Notes: generated by a model from the letters alone, not told the origin. DNA of 64,000 bases from an uncultured delta proteobacterium (GCA_963720145.1 CAVREO010000015.1:50055-114054), one strand, 5' to 3'. Positions 49,101-60,720 are shown, numbered from the stretch's first letter. A program made the numbers and translations.

Positions 49101-51320
49101 GTCGAAGATCCTGTCGTCCACGTCCTCGGGCGCCGTACAGGCCAGCAGCCGCCTGCCCAGCGACAGGTGAACATCGGCCCGTTCGGCCTGGGGGATGAGC
49201 GAGTACGCCGCCTCTTGTACGCGGTCGTGGGGGAAGCGGTACACGTGCTCGACCCGCGTGAGGAGCTCCTCTTCGACGGCGTGACGCAAGGCCGGCCCGG
49301 GATCGCGCTTCAGGACCTCTTGCAGCGTGTCGGCGTCCACGGCGGCGCCCAGGCACGCCGCCACCCCGAGCGTCTCTCGCACGTCGGCAGGCAGACGCCG
49401 CAGCTTGCCGGCCATGAGCTCGGCGACGTTGTCCGTATACCCCTCGGACGCGATTCGGCCGACGTCCCAGCGCCAGCGCCCCGCCTCGCGGTCGAACGCA
49501 ATCGAACCGTTTTGGCAAAGCACGGACAAGAACTGAATGGCGAAGAAGGGATTGCATTCCGTCTTTTCGCAGACGAGTCGCGCCAGCGGCGCAACCTCGG
49601 CGGGCGAGCGGTGCAGCGTGTCCGCGAGCAGCTCCTCGACGTCCTTCTCGGCCAGCGGCCCGAGCGCGAGGTGGCTCACCGCCGCGGGGCCCCTGCGCAT
49701 TCGCGCGATGGCCTCCACGAGAGGGTGGGACGCGCTCACCTCTTGGTCCCTGTATGCTCCGATGACGAGCAAGTGGGCCGACGCTTCACCGCTCGTCAAG
49801 TCGCCGAGCAGCTTCAGGCTGGCGGGGGCGGCCCACTGCAGGTCGTCGAGGAACAACGTGAGGGGGTGCTCCGCGGTCGAGAGGACGCCGAACAGCCGCC
49901 GGAACGCCAGGCGGAGGCGCGCTTCCGCCTCGCTGGGCGTCAGCTCGGGCATGGGTGGCCGGGCGCCCAGCACGAGAGCCATCTCCGGGACGACGTCCAC
50001 GACGAGCGCGGCTCCGCTTCCCAGTGCCCTCGCGAGCAGCGCTCTCCATGCCGCGATTGAGGGCTTGTTCTCGGCCAGAATGTCCAGCGCCAGCTGGCGG
50101 ACGGCTTGCCGGATCGGGAGATAAGGGACGTCACGCTTGTACTGCTCGAACTTGCCCGACATGAAAAAACCTCGCCGTCCGGCGATCGGACGGAGAAGCT
50201 CGCGAACCAAGGCCGACTTACCGATGCCCGAGTAGCCGGAGACGAGCACGACCTCCGGCGAGCCGGTCGCAGCCACGCGATCGAGCGCGTCGCGCAGAGC
50301 GGCGCGTTCGCGCTGCCGGCCGTAAAACCTCTGGGGGATCAGGAATCGGTCCGAGATGTCACGCTCGCCGAGGGGGAACGGCTCGATGACGCCGTGCTCC
50401 TCCCACGCGCGCTCGCAGCGCTCGAGATCGAAGAGGAGACCCGATGCGCTCTGGTAACGGTCGTCCGGAACCTTGGCGAGCAGCCGCAAGACGATGTCCG
50501 ACAAGATCGAGGGAGCCGAGGGCCGCAGCTCGTCCGGGGGCGGGGGCTTGCGAGCGAGGTGGCTGTGCACCCAGCCGAGAGCGTCCTCCGCGAAAAACGG
50601 CAAACGACCGGTGAGGAGCTGGTAAAGGATGACACCCAGGGAGTAGAGGTCGGAGCGGCTGTCGATCACCTGATTGAGCCGACCGCTCTGCTCCGGCGCC
50701 ATGTACGGCAGCGAGGCCTCGAGCATGCGCACGGGACAAGGCGCCGTCTCCTCCCGCGCGGCGTGCGCGGAGATCCCGAAGCCGCCGATGGCGACTCCGC
50801 CGCTGCCCGCGTCGAAGAAGACGTTCCCGGGCGTGAGGTCCTTGTGGATGACGCCCCGCTGGTGGATGGCGGAGATCGCCCGAACGACTCTCGTAGCGAT
50901 GCGCAAGAACTCCCCGATGGCCACGGGCGCTCGCGCGAGCTCGTCGAGGCTGCGACCGGGGAACGACTCGAGCTCGAGGGCTGGCCGGTTTTCGAACGTC
51001 GACAGACTCAGGGGCTTGATGACCGGCAGCCCCTCGAGCATGCGCGCCGTGTCGTACTCGTGCCTCAGGCGGTCCGCGTACCGCTCCGCTCGCCCCGGAC
51101 CGAGCACCTCGAGGAGGATGGTCCGGCCGTCCGCCCGGCGAATCGCGCGGTACACGCTCGCCCACGCGCAATCGTTCAACCGCTCGCCCAACGAGTAGGG
51201 CTGCCTGTCTTCCGGGCGCTCTTCCGAGCGTGTGAAATCCGGATTCAATCCGCGGCAAGGTGAGCATGATGGCCGCGACGCGCCAGGTCCGTGCGGCAGC
51301 CCTTCCTGCCGCGGCTGCAC
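46130..51320 (-). pseudogene. Giant sensor: degenerate Ser/Thr-kinase-like domain, AAA/STAND ATPase, TPR-like repeats, GAF, HisKA and HATPase; one frame break at about 47306 splits it into ORFs 47217..51320 and 46130..47305
   Basis: The N-terminal kinase fold has HKDLTPGN and GGFGIS. The P-loop is VSGYSGIGKS. The upstream ORF ends ..LDLLSVIKASQTILGS| and the downstream ORF begins |MTKEALLPTLLRVVLEEGNARRARLVLW, which is the canonical linker-to-GAF continuation in this architecture. After that come ASHELRTPL and HATPase G-boxes. The start codon is uncertain (GTG 51320 or TTG about 51248). Confidence 0.8.
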
Positions 51321-51418
51321 GCGACGGCCGTGGTGTCGCCTCGCTTCAGCCCTGCCGACCGTCGAACCTAGAAGGCGCCTACGGCCGAAAGACCGTAGCC
51401 CTGGCGACCCATTCGCGG

Positions 51419-52318
51419 CAATACCGCGATACCATGCGCGCGTTCTGGCGCGGGGACGGCGGGCGTGCCAGCGACCTCGGGTACCGTCTGACGGGCAGCT
51501 CCGATCTGTACCAGCACGACGGCCGGCGCCCCTACGCGAGCGTCAACTACGTCACCGCGCACGACGGCTTCACGCTCCGCGATCTCGTCAGCTACGACCA
51601 CAAACACAACGAGGCCAACGGCGAGGGCAACCGCGACGGGACCGACGACAACGTCTCCTGGAACTGCGGCGCGGAGGGCGATACCGAGGACGCAGCCGTT
51701 CGCTCGCTTCGCGCGAGACAGATGCGCAACCTGCTCGCCACGCTGCTGCTTTCCCTGGGGACCGCCATGATCTGCGCGGGCGACGAGCTCGGACGTACGC
51801 AGCGCGGGAACAACAACGCGTACTGCCAGGACAACGAGAGCACCTGGCTCGATTGGAACCTGAATGACGAGCAGCGGGCGCTCCTCGGTTTCGTCCGCAA
51901 GGTGAGCCGCGTGCGCCGCGCGCATCCCCTGCTGCGCCGGGCGAGCTTCTTCCGCGGGCGGGAAGTGGGCGGAACGGGTCTCCGCGACCTCATCTGGGTG
52001 CGGCACGACGGCCAGCCCATGAGCGAGAGCGACTGGAACAATCCTTCCACGTCGAGCCTCGGCTTGTTCGCCGCGGGTGCCGGGCTCGAGCCCATGGACG
52101 AGGACGGGAACCCGCAGAGCGACGATGACTTGCTCCTGCTGCTGAACGCCAGCGGCGCGGATCTTCCCTTCGTCCTGCCGGCGTTGACCGGGCGCGCGGG
52201 GGCGCTGCGCTGGGAGCTGGTGCTCGACACGGCCGCGGACGACGCGCGGGAGCATGTGGAGGCCGGCAGCGCCAGCACCGTTCGCGCTCGGTCGTTGAAG
52301 CTCTTCGTCCGGAGGGCC
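51419..52318 (+). pseudogene. treX: 3' fragment (about 300 codons) of glycogen debranching enzyme GlgX/TreX; about 390 N-terminal codons are missing, and the fragment is in frame with treY
   Basis: [79 protein letters not shown] is a clear match to GH13 GlgX from conserved region IV onward. The nucleophile (GFRFDLA) and acid/base (EPWD) regions are absent. Upstream DNA is occupied by the opposite-strand sensor gene. Confidence 0.75.
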
Positions 52319-55126
52319 GTGGGTACCGAAGGGCTGCGCGCCGTTCACGGCGCGCCCACCTCGACGTACCGACTGCAGCTGCAGCCCTCGTTCGGTTTCG
52401 TGGCAGCGACCGAGACTCTCGCGTATCTCGACGAGCTCGGCGTCGGCGGCGTGTACACCTCGCCCTATCTTCGCGCGCAACCCGGGAGCAGCCACGGGTA
52501 CGACGTCATCAATCACACGCGGCTGAACCCGGAGCTCGGCTCCGACGACACGCACCGCGCATTCACCGACGCGATGCGTGCGCGTGGGCTGCGCCACATC
52601 GTGGACTTCGTGCCGAACCACGTCGGCATCGCTTCGGCCGAAAACCGGATGTGGAGCGACGTGCTCGAGAACGGCCCGAGCTCGCAGTACGCGGAGTGGT
52701 TCGACATCGAATGGGGGCCGTCCCAGAGCCGGCCCCAGAAAATCCTGCTCCCCATTCTGGGCGCGCAGTTCGGCAACGAGGTGGACGCCGGGCGGCTCTC
52801 GGTGATCCGCGACGGGGGCTCGCTGTTCGTCGAATACGAGGGGAGACGTCTCCCCGCCTCGCCAAGGAGTTACGCGCTCGTCATCGAACGGGCGCTCCCG
52901 GCGCTCGACCCGGGACAGCCGGCCGAGGAGCTCCTGAGCATCCTGACGGCCATACGTCACCTGCCGCCGGCGACCTCGACCCGAACGTTCGACCGGGCCG
53001 AGCGGGGCCGCGAGAAGGAGGTCATCAAGAGACGCCTGGCCTTCTTGTGCGAGCGGAGCGCCGAGGTCGCGCGTGAGCTCGATGCCGCGGCCCGCGCGGT
53101 CGGTGCGAGCCCCGAGCGAATGGAGCACTTCCTCTCCGAGCAGAACTACCGCCTCAGCTACTGGCGTGTGGTCGCGGAGGAGATCAACTACAGGCGGTTC
53201 TTCGACATCAACGAGCTCGCGGCCATCCGGATGGAGGAGCCCGACGTCTTCGCCGCGACTCACGCCAGGCTCCTCGACTTCGTCGCCGAGGGTCGGGTGA
53301 CGGGAATCCGCCTGGATCACACCGACGGGCTCTACGATCCTCAATCCTACTTTCGGTTGCTGCAGCAGGCGGCACGCGATGCGCTCGAGCGCGGAGGCGC
53401 CGGCGGGGAGAAGCCGCTTTACGTCCTGGCAGAGAAGATTCTCGCGCGGCGAGAGGAGCTTCCTCGCGCGTGGGCCGTCTGCGGAACGACCGGCTACGAG
53501 GTCCTGGCCGCCACCGCTGCGCTCTGGGTGGATCCGGCCGCGGAGCCGGCGCTCACGCGCGCGTATGCCGAGCACACGGGAGCCTCCACCGACTTCCGGG
53601 AGGTCCTGCACCAGTCCAAGCGCGACGTGATGGAGGGGACCTTCGCCAGCGAGATCTCCGTTCTGGCCGACGTCCTCAGGGGCATCGCCGAACGCGATCG
53701 CCACGCCCGCGACTTCACCCGCGCCAGCCTGACGCGCGTGATCAAGGAGACGATCGCGGCGTTCCCGGTATATCGCACCTACGTTCGGCCGGACGGTTCG
53801 CGGGAAAAGGACGACGAGGCGCGCGTCTCGGGGGCGATCGCGCTCGCTCGGCGGCACAACCCCGCCGTGGAGGGCTCGACGTTCGACTTCCTCCAGCGCG
53901 TCCTTCTCCTGCGCGAGCGGAGCGAAGCCGCGGTGCGCTTCGCGATGCGCTTCCACCAGCTCACCGGTCCCATCATGGCGAAGGGAGCCGAGGACACCGC
54001 CCTCTATCGCTTCGTTCGCCTCGTGAGCCTGAACGACGTGGGGGCCGACCCGGCGCGCTTCGGGGTGGATGCGGCCGAGTGGCACGCGGAGAACGCGCGC
54101 ATTCTTGCGCAGCGTCCGCTCTCGATGACCTGCGCGTCGACGCACGACACCAAGCGCGGAGAAGACATGCGCGCGCGCCTCGCGGTGCTGAGCGAGCTCC
54201 CCGGGGAGTGGATTGCCCTCGCGGGCGGCATGCGCGACGCCTGCGCTCGATGGCTCACGACAGTCGATGGAAGGCCTGCGCCGTCGCCTGTGGACACGTA
54301 CCTCTTTTTCCAGACCGTCGTGGGCGCCTTTCCTTTCGAGGGCCTCCCGGACGAGAGTGCGCGCGGCCGCTTCGTGCAGCGCATGGCCGAGTACATGCTC
54401 AAGGCCGCGCGCGAGGCCAAGGTGCGCACGTCCTGGACGCAACCCAACGCGGCGTACGAGCGAGCGCTCGACGAGTTCGTGCACGGAGCGCTGACCGCAC
54501 CGGACGTCCTCGCGGACATCGAGGCGTTCGTACGCAGGATCGCGACCTACGGCGCGGCCAACAGCCTGAGCCAGCTGGCGCTCCGGTTGGCGTCGCCCGG
54601 TGTGCCGGACGTGTACCAGGGCAGCGAGCTGTGGAATCTGTCGCTCGTGGATCCCGACAACCGCCGCCCCGTCGACTTCGCCCACCGGCGAAGCGCGCTG
54701 GAAGCGCTGCGCCGTCGCGGCGACACCAGCCCCGAGCTGGCGACGGAGCTCGTGTCGCAGTTCGTCAACGGCCGCATCAAGCTCCACGTCACGCATGTCG
54801 GCCTTCGAGCTCGGCGCGAGATGCCGGCCCTCTTCCTGGAGGGCAGCTACGAGCCGCTGGAGAGCTCGGAGCACGTCGTGGCGTTCCAGCGCTCGCTGCA
54901 CAATCGGCGCCTGGTCTGTGTGGTCCCCCGCTTCTCTGCGAGGCGGACGGGCGGCGAGCGCCCATGGGCGCTCGGCGACGTGTGGGGCGACGAAAAGCTG
55001 AACCTTGGCCGGGCGGGGACGTATCGCAACGCCTTCACCGGGGAGAAGCTGGCGGGCTCCGAGCTGCACCTTGCCGATGTTCTGGCCCGATTCCCCGTCG
55101 CCTGGCTCCTGGAGGTCTCGACGTGA
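52319..55126 (+). CDS. treY: Maltooligosyl trehalose synthase (TreY)
   Basis: The motifs are [55 protein letters not shown] and [15 protein letters not shown]. The candidate start is GTG 52319. No stop codon separates it from the treX remnant. Confidence 0.85.
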   Translation: MGTEGLRAVHGAPTSTYRLQLQPSFGFVAATETLAYLDELGVGGVYTSPYLRAQPGSSHGYDVINHTRLNPELGSDDTHRAFTDAMRARGLRHIVDFVPNHVGIASAENRMWSDVLENGPSSQYAEWFDIEWGPSQSRPQKILLPILGAQFGNEVDAGRLSVIRDGGSLFVEYEGRRLPASPRSYALVIERALPALDPGQPAEELLSILTAIRHLPPATSTRTFDRAERGREKEVIKRRLAFLCERSAEVARELDAAARAVGASPERMEHFLSEQNYRLSYWRVVAEEINYRRFFDINELAAIRMEEPDVFAATHARLLDFVAEGRVTGIRLDHTDGLYDPQSYFRLLQQAARDALERGGAGGEKPLYVLAEKILARREELPRAWAVCGTTGYEVLAATAALWVDPAAEPALTRAYAEHTGASTDFREVLHQSKRDVMEGTFASEISVLADVLRGIAERDRHARDFTRASLTRVIKETIAAFPVYRTYVRPDGSREKDDEARVSGAIALARRHNPAVEGSTFDFLQRVLLLRERSEAAVRFAMRFHQLTGPIMAKGAEDTALYRFVRLVSLNDVGADPARFGVDAAEWHAENARILAQRPLSMTCASTHDTKRGEDMRARLAVLSELPGEWIALAGGMRDACARWLTTVDGRPAPSPVDTYLFFQTVVGAFPFEGLPDESARGRFVQRMAEYMLKAAREAKVRTSWTQPNAAYERALDEFVHGALTAPDVLADIEAFVRRIATYGAANSLSQLALRLASPGVPDVYQGSELWNLSLVDPDNRRPVDFAHRRSALEALRRRGDTSPELATELVSQFVNGRIKLHVTHVGLRARREMPALFLEGSYEPLESSEHVVAFQRSLHNRRLVCVVPRFSARRTGGERPWALGDVWGDEKLNLGRAGTYRNAFTGEKLAGSELHLADVLARFPVAWLLEVST

Positions 55127-56877
55127 CGCCGACACCCCCCCTGGGAGCGACCCCCGACGGTGACGGGGTCACCTTCGCCGTGTGGTCACCCTGCGCGCGC
55201 AGCGTCCAGGTGCGCGCCTTCGCCGACGGCGAGCGCGCGATCGGGACGCACGACCTGCGCGGCATCGGGGGCGGGCGATTCGCGGCTCGCGTATCCGGTG
55301 CTCGCCCGGGCAGCCTTTACAAGTTCGTGCTCGACGAACGAGAGCTCCCGGATCCATACGCGCGCTTCCTGCCCTTCGGCGTCCACGGCCCGGCAGAGGT
55401 CATCGAACGAAGGCACGCGAGCCCGGCGGCCCAGGTGCCTCCCCTCGGTCGCATGGTGATCTACGAGCTGCACGTCGGAACGTTCACCCCCGAGGGGACG
55501 TACGCCGCGGCCAGCGAGCGGCTCACGCATCTGGTCGAGCTCGGCGTGACCACCGTCGAGCTCATGCCCCTTTCGTCCTTCCCCGGTCAGCGGGGATGGG
55601 GCTACGACGGCGTCGCCCATTTCGCGCCGTTTGCGCCTTACGGCCGCCCGGACGATCTGCGCGAATTCGTCGCTCGCGCCCACGCTTGCGGGCTCACCGT
55701 CCTTCTCGACGCGGTCTACAACCACTTCGGACCACGCGGGAACTATCTCGGCTCCTATGCAGCCGAGTATTTCCATCGCGGAGGCGGCGGGAATCCTTGG
55801 GGAGACACTCCCGATTTCACGACGCAGGCCATGCGCGAATACGTACTTTCGAACGCGCGCATGTGGTTCGAGGAGTACGGCTTCGACGGCCTGCGTCTGG
55901 ACGCGACGCACACGCTGCACGATCCCTCGCCGACGCACATCCTGGCCGAGCTCCGCGCGCTCGCCGCGTCCTATGCACCCGCGAAGGTCCTCGTCGCCGA
56001 AGATGATCGGAACAATCCTTCGATCCTCCGCGATACGGGGCTCGACGCCGTCTGGGCCGACGACTTCCATCATCAGATGCGCGTCGTCTTGACGGGGGAA
56101 CGGGACGGCTACTACGCCGCGTACGAGCCATCGATCGCCGCGCTCGCGCGAACGATCGAGCGAGGTTGGCAGTTCGAGGGCCAGCACTATCCCCCGTGGG
56201 GACGTCCCCGAGGCGTGCCCGCGGATGACCTGCCGCCGGAACGCTTCGTCTACTGCGTCGAGAACCACGACCAGATCGGCAACCGTGCGCTCGGCGAACG
56301 CCTGAGCGTGGACGCCGGCGAGGACGCGTTGCTGGCGGCCACCCTGATCCTTCTGTTCTTGCCGATGACACCGCTCCTCTTCATGGGCCAGGAGTGGGCG
56401 GCCTCCTCCCCGTTTCAATTCTTCACCGACCACGACCCCGAGTACTGGCCTGTCGTGTCGCGGGGGAGGCGAGAGGAGTTCCGTAGCTTCGCGGCCTTCG
56501 CCAGCGACGACGCGCGGGCGCGCATTCCGGACCCGCAATCGCTCGAGACGTTCGAACGCTCGAAGCTGCGCTGGGACGAGCTCGCCCGAGGACCGCATCG
56601 TCGCGTCGCCCAGGCCGTGCAGTCCATGCTGGCGCTTCGACGTACGGACCCGGTGCTGATGTACGCGGCGAAGCGCGAAGCCGTGCGCGCGACGGCGCGC
56701 GGTGGGCTCCTGGTCGTCGATCGGCACGCGCCGACAGGCCGCCGCCGCCTCGTGGCGAATCTCTCCCAAGTCGCGCACGCCTGGGACGAGCTTGCGACCC
56801 CCAAGCGGCCGATGCTCGCGGTGGGCGACGTAGCGGGTGCCTCGCTTTCTCCGTTCGCGCTGGGCATCTGGGGGTAG
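55123..56877 (+). CDS. treZ: Maltooligosyl trehalose trehalohydrolase (TreZ)
   Basis: The start GTG 55123 overlaps the treY stop (GTGA). The motifs are [35 protein letters not shown] and ENHDQIGNR. Confidence 0.9.
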   Translation: MTPTPPLGATPDGDGVTFAVWSPCARSVQVRAFADGERAIGTHDLRGIGGGRFAARVSGARPGSLYKFVLDERELPDPYARFLPFGVHGPAEVIERRHASPAAQVPPLGRMVIYELHVGTFTPEGTYAAASERLTHLVELGVTTVELMPLSSFPGQRGWGYDGVAHFAPFAPYGRPDDLREFVARAHACGLTVLLDAVYNHFGPRGNYLGSYAAEYFHRGGGGNPWGDTPDFTTQAMREYVLSNARMWFEEYGFDGLRLDATHTLHDPSPTHILAELRALAASYAPAKVLVAEDDRNNPSILRDTGLDAVWADDFHHQMRVVLTGERDGYYAAYEPSIAALARTIERGWQFEGQHYPPWGRPRGVPADDLPPERFVYCVENHDQIGNRALGERLSVDAGEDALLAATLILLFLPMTPLLFMGQEWAASSPFQFFTDHDPEYWPVVSRGRREEFRSFAAFASDDARARIPDPQSLETFERSKLRWDELARGPHRRVAQAVQSMLALRRTDPVLMYAAKREAVRATARGGLLVVDRHAPTGRRRLVANLSQVAHAWDELATPKRPMLAVGDVAGASLSPFALGIWG

Positions 56878-56933
56878 TCGGCCTCCCGCGCTGCGCGCGC
56901 AGCATCCGTGAGAACAGGCCCGCTTCGAGGGAC

Positions 56934-57749
56934 CTACGCCGCGCCGCTCATCACCAAACCCTCGATGTCGTGCACCTGCTTCAACGGCGTGAGCTCGTCC
57001 ACCACACGGCAAGGCAGGTGTCTGCTCACCGACTCCGGGAGACGCGCCTGGAAGTCCTTCGTCACCGTCATCGTGTGCCGCTGCTCGTGGCGCGCAGCCA
57101 CCGAGTCCATGCCGAGCACGAGAACAGGCCGCGCGATTGGGGAAGCATGCGCGGTACCGCGATGGATGGCCACCGCGCTACGCGCGGAGATGTCACCCAT
57201 GCGCGGGTACTTTCGAACGCCGCGGGCAGCGAAGCCGGGCCAGAGGTCTTCCGGCGGGAACATCGCATCTTTCCACGTGCGCCCATCGTCGTATTGCGTG
57301 CCCGGCACGACCTCGAACGGGCCCATGTCCTCCGTCACGTCGACCCCCGACAGATTGAACGCGAGGGACATGAAGCGGCGCTGCTCGTAGGTCTCCGGAG
57401 GCGAAGGAAAGTCGCGGTGCCACGGTTGAAACTTCGCGCCCTGGAACGGGACGTCCAACCCGACCTCGACGATCTGGTAGTCGTGCCCGAGCACGGCTTC
57501 CGAGAGCGCCATGACCCACGGGTGGCTCGCGAGCTCCACGAACCCCGTGAGCTCCTGCGGGTGCATGCCGACGTACCAGCGCCTCGGGCCTCGGCCAATC
57601 GCACCTCGCGATCGCTGAATGCCGCTCCAGAACGCCGCCATCATGTCTTCTCGCATTTGCTCCGCCCACGCGCGCGGAAATGCGCCTCGCAACGAGATGA
57701 TGCCGTCGGCGTGGAGAGCCCGGATGTCGCGTTCGATCGTCAGCTCCAT
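56934..57749 (-). CDS. Phytanoyl-CoA dioxygenase (PhyH) family Fe(II)/2-oxoglutarate oxygenase
   Basis: The motifs are ..QPWHRDFP.. (HxD) and ..AVAIHRGTAHASP... The overall length and pattern fit PhyH. Confidence 0.75.
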   Translation of the reverse strand: MELTIERDIRALHADGIISLRGAFPRAWAEQMREDMMAAFWSGIQRSRGAIGRGPRRWYVGMHPQELTGFVELASHPWVMALSEAVLGHDYQIVEVGLDVPFQGAKFQPWHRDFPSPPETYEQRRFMSLAFNLSGVDVTEDMGPFEVVPGTQYDDGRTWKDAMFPPEDLWPGFAARGVRKYPRMGDISARSAVAIHRGTAHASPIARPVLVLGMDSVAARHEQRHTMTVTKDFQARLPESVSRHLPCRVVDELTPLKQVHDIEGLVMSGAA

Positions 57750-57807
57750 GCGGGCGCGATGCTACCCGGCCAATCCGGGATTGCGAGCGCGGCCACTCGA
57801 GCCGCGT

Positions 57808-58809
57808 CTACGGATCGACTCGTCGCGCGATGGTGCGTGCGGTCCAGCTCGGCCCATCGCAGCGCGGCCCTTCGGGCGTGAAGACGAGAGGGTCGATGCA
57901 GAGGCGGCGCGCCGTCATGGCCGGATCCCATGCGTGGTAGCAGACATAGGTGGTCGCGTCGTCGGGGCCGATGACCACCGAGTGATGCCCGGGCCCGATC
58001 ACGTGTCCGGGGATGCCACGCAGCATCCGCGGGCCGTCGTTCGTGCTCGCGTCAGCCCACGGTCCGAACACGCGAGCGGCCATCGCATAGTCGACTCCGT
58101 AGCGGGCAGTCTGCCAGCAGCCGCCGCTGTACATGCAGCAATAGACGCCGTCTCGCACGAGCACGCACGGTCCCTCGAGCGTGTGCCAGTCGAAAGCTCG
58201 GCCGTACATCATCCGGTCGCTCGCGAAGCGCTGCCAATCCCAGCGTGCGCGCAGGACGGTATGCGGCGCGCCCACCAAGCGTGTCATCGCGTTCAGCTCC
58301 TGCACGACGAGCGCGGTGCCAGGCCGCGCATCGTCCGATGAGTCCAGAAAGTCACGGGCGTGGAAGAGGTAATCGCGGCCGTCGACGTCCCGGAAGGGGT
58401 GAGGGTCGATCGCAAACGCGCAGTCGTCCAGCGCGGTGAGTCCCGTCACGTCTCGGTAGATGCCCTCGGGCCGATCGGAGACGGCCACGCGGAGCTGATG
58501 CTCGCGATCGCCGTGGCCGACGGAATAGTAGAGGAAGAAGCCGCCGTCGCGCTCGGCCACCTCGGGAGCCCAGAACGTGTCGCCGAGCGAGGTGTCCGGC
58601 CGGGTCAGTGCGTGTCCGAGCGCTCGCCAGTGGACGAGGTCCGTCGAGGTGAGCATGGGGAAGACGCGCGGTCCCGCCGCGCCGCACGCCTCGGCCGGGC
58701 CCGTGCCGATCGCGTAATAGGTCCCCCGGACGCGCCAGACGAAGGGGTCGGCGAAGCTCTCCTCGTAGACGGGGTTTTTGTACCTGGTGGTCGCCGGTGT
58801 GAAGCTCAT
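57808..58809 (-). CDS. Glycoside hydrolase family 43-like beta-propeller protein
   Basis: The sequence reads MSFTPATTRYKNPVYEESFADPFVWRVRGTYYAIGT..FWAPEV..GGFFLYYS..IDPHPF..EGPCVL... The start is ATG 58809, 5 nt after GGGAGA. Confidence 0.8.
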   Translation of the reverse strand: MSFTPATTRYKNPVYEESFADPFVWRVRGTYYAIGTGPAEACGAAGPRVFPMLTSTDLVHWRALGHALTRPDTSLGDTFWAPEVAERDGGFFLYYSVGHGDREHQLRVAVSDRPEGIYRDVTGLTALDDCAFAIDPHPFRDVDGRDYLFHARDFLDSSDDARPGTALVVQELNAMTRLVGAPHTVLRARWDWQRFASDRMMYGRAFDWHTLEGPCVLVRDGVYCCMYSGGCWQTARYGVDYAMAARVFGPWADASTNDGPRMLRGIPGHVIGPGHHSVVIGPDDATTYVCYHAWDPAMTARRLCIDPLVFTPEGPRCDGPSWTARTIARRVDP

Positions 58810-58959
58810 GCAGTCTCCCACTCACGAGTGACGTCGGCCGACGGGCGACCGGCGCAAGGTTGGAGCATGCAAGGAAGCTGCGTGATGAAGGCGCCGCTCG
58901 GTCGTCGTGCGCTGCTCGAGCTTGCGGCCTGCGGGCCGCGGTGCGCCTCGGCCGGTTGG

Positions 58960-59080
58960 CGAATGGAAAACATGGATTGTCATCAACGTGACTTGGACAA
59001 TGGATCACCGTCCGTTACTCGTGGTTTAAGTGACGGAATCCATGGTTGAATGACCTTTTGGTTCCGGCAACGTCACTGCG
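58960..59080. promoter_or_regulatory. AT-rich (about 48% GC by eye) island with nested inverted repeats between two minus-strand genes, upstream of the GH43 gene
   Basis: The inverted repeats are CATGGATT (58971-58978) / AATCCATG (59037-59044), ATTGTC (58976-58981) / GACAAT (58996-59001), and GGATCACCGTC (59002-59012) / GACGGAATCC (59032-59041). Confidence 0.3.
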
Positions 59081-59153
59081 GCTCGAGTCCACGAGACACT
59101 TCCTCGAGCCCGAGGGACGTGGGCGGGGCCCAACGGCGCGTTGCGAGCAACCG

Positions 59154-60720
59154 CTACTGAAGGACCGGCGGCGGGGGCGGCGGGGGCTTCTGGTCGTTCT
59201 GGATGCACGACGACAGATCGAAGAACAGAAACTCGAGCGCCTTCTGGTCGATGGCGTACTCGGGCGGCTCGCCGGAGCACTCACTCGGGAACGTGCCGGC
59301 GTTCGCCATCAAGCCCGAATTGGGCAAAAAGACGTGCACGCCGCTGAACACCGCGCGCCCGCATTGCTTGTCGACCGCGGTTCCCACGGGGCTGTTGAAC
59401 GACAGATACGACGTGCTCCACGCGGCGTCGCCGGCGTTCTGCGCGTTGTAGATCCACCGCGTCGACGCCGGAAACGCTGCGGGACCGGAGCCGTTCACGT
59501 CGGCGTACGTGTCGGTGAGGGCGAGCTGGACTCCGCCGCCGGCCTGCGTCGCGACGGAGTTCGCCAGCAGCCACTGTCCGAACGCCTGGCCCTTGGGGAA
59601 CGCTCGTATCGGCGAAGTAGTTGGCGTACGAATTCCCGCTGAGCCAAGTTTGCCAGCTCGCGACCGACTGGAACGTGGCGTCTCCGGTGGGCGGAGCAAA
59701 CCAGTCCTCGAACGAGTCGGTCACGAAGGCGCGTCCGCCGCCGTCGAGGTAGGAGGCCATCGCCGTGTACGCCGCGGTCGGTCGCGTGCCGTTGATGCCG
59801 TCGCATCCGTTGAGGACGATGTCGTACTTCCCGAGATTGGCGGCGCTCGTCCACCACTGGAAGGTGTCCGCCACGGAGTTGCCTCCGGCGATGTTCGCGG
59901 CGGGCGTCGTGGGGGTGTCGAATGCGCCCGTGTAGACCTGGACGTGGCCCGTGGGGCTGCCCGGCGGAACGAACTCGCTGTCGTCGACGCCGATGACCCG
60001 AAGGAAGCACTCGAACGCGTCGTATCCTCCGGTGGTCACCGCCATGAGCGGCATGTCGCCCTCGCTCGACTTCTTCGGGAGGCGCAGCATGTCGGCGCCG
60101 AGGACCGCGTCGAGGTCGATGGTCGTGCACGCGGTGACCTGCGGGATGACGACCTGGCGCCGCCACTTGCCCGCCTGCAAAACGAGCGGGACGTTCGACC
60201 CGACGGGTACGCCCCAGGTGTCGTTGGGGCCTTTCGCGAGCGTGAACTTGCCGTTGGAATCGGTGAGGGCGCCGAGAATGGGCGAGCCGGAGGCCGCCGC
60301 CTGGCACGCTGTGCACGTGGGGTTTCCCGGGAGGATGGGATCGGGCTTGGTGTTCGGGATGTACGCGTAGATGTTGTAGAGGGGCAGGGCGCCCGCCGGA
60401 TCGCGCACGGTGCCGGTCAGCGTCGTCTCGGGTTTGCCGATCGCGGCGCACGTGGCGGCCTGGCATTGCAGCCCGGTGCATCCGCCGCCGGAGCTGGTGG
60501 CGTCGGGGAACGAGGCGTCGTCGCCGAACCCGGGGTGGGCGGCGTCGCCCGCTCCGGCGGCGTCCCCTCCGTTGCCGGAGCCTGACCCCGAGCCGGAGCT
60601 GCTGCCGGCAGCGTCGGTCTGATCACCGAAGGCGCCGCCGCTGCTACCGCCGCACGCGGAGGCCGCGACCATAAGAGCAAGAAGCGCGAACGCAGCGAAG
60701 CGCGAATTCGGCAAAGGCAT
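59154..60720 (-). pseudogene. Lipoprotein with an SG-rich linker and a carboxypeptidase-regulatory-like domain (hypothetical); frame break in the GGGG/CCCC run at 59595-59598
   Basis: The start MPLPNSRFAAFALLALMVAASACGG (ATG 60720, RBS AGGAGAG) carries a lipobox. The sequence ..TLTGTVRDPAGALPLYNIYAYIP.. follows. After ..YANYFADTSVP| the protein continues as |KGQAFGQWLLANSVATQAGGG.. in ORF 59154..59699. Confidence 0.7.

Noticed and set aside
51260-51418. N-terminal extension [16 protein letters not shown]... of the treX/treY ORF as a genuine start
   Set aside because: It has no similarity to GlgX/TreX. It is Ala/Arg-rich and overlaps the 5' end of the opposite-strand sensor gene. It most likely reflects an accidentally open frame upstream of the truncation point.
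43700-51420. A genomic island or mobile element inserted into treX
   Set aside because: There is no integrase, transposase, tRNA attachment site or flanking direct repeat. The 5' half of treX is not present on the other side of the block. A deletion or rearrangement fits better than a simple insertion.
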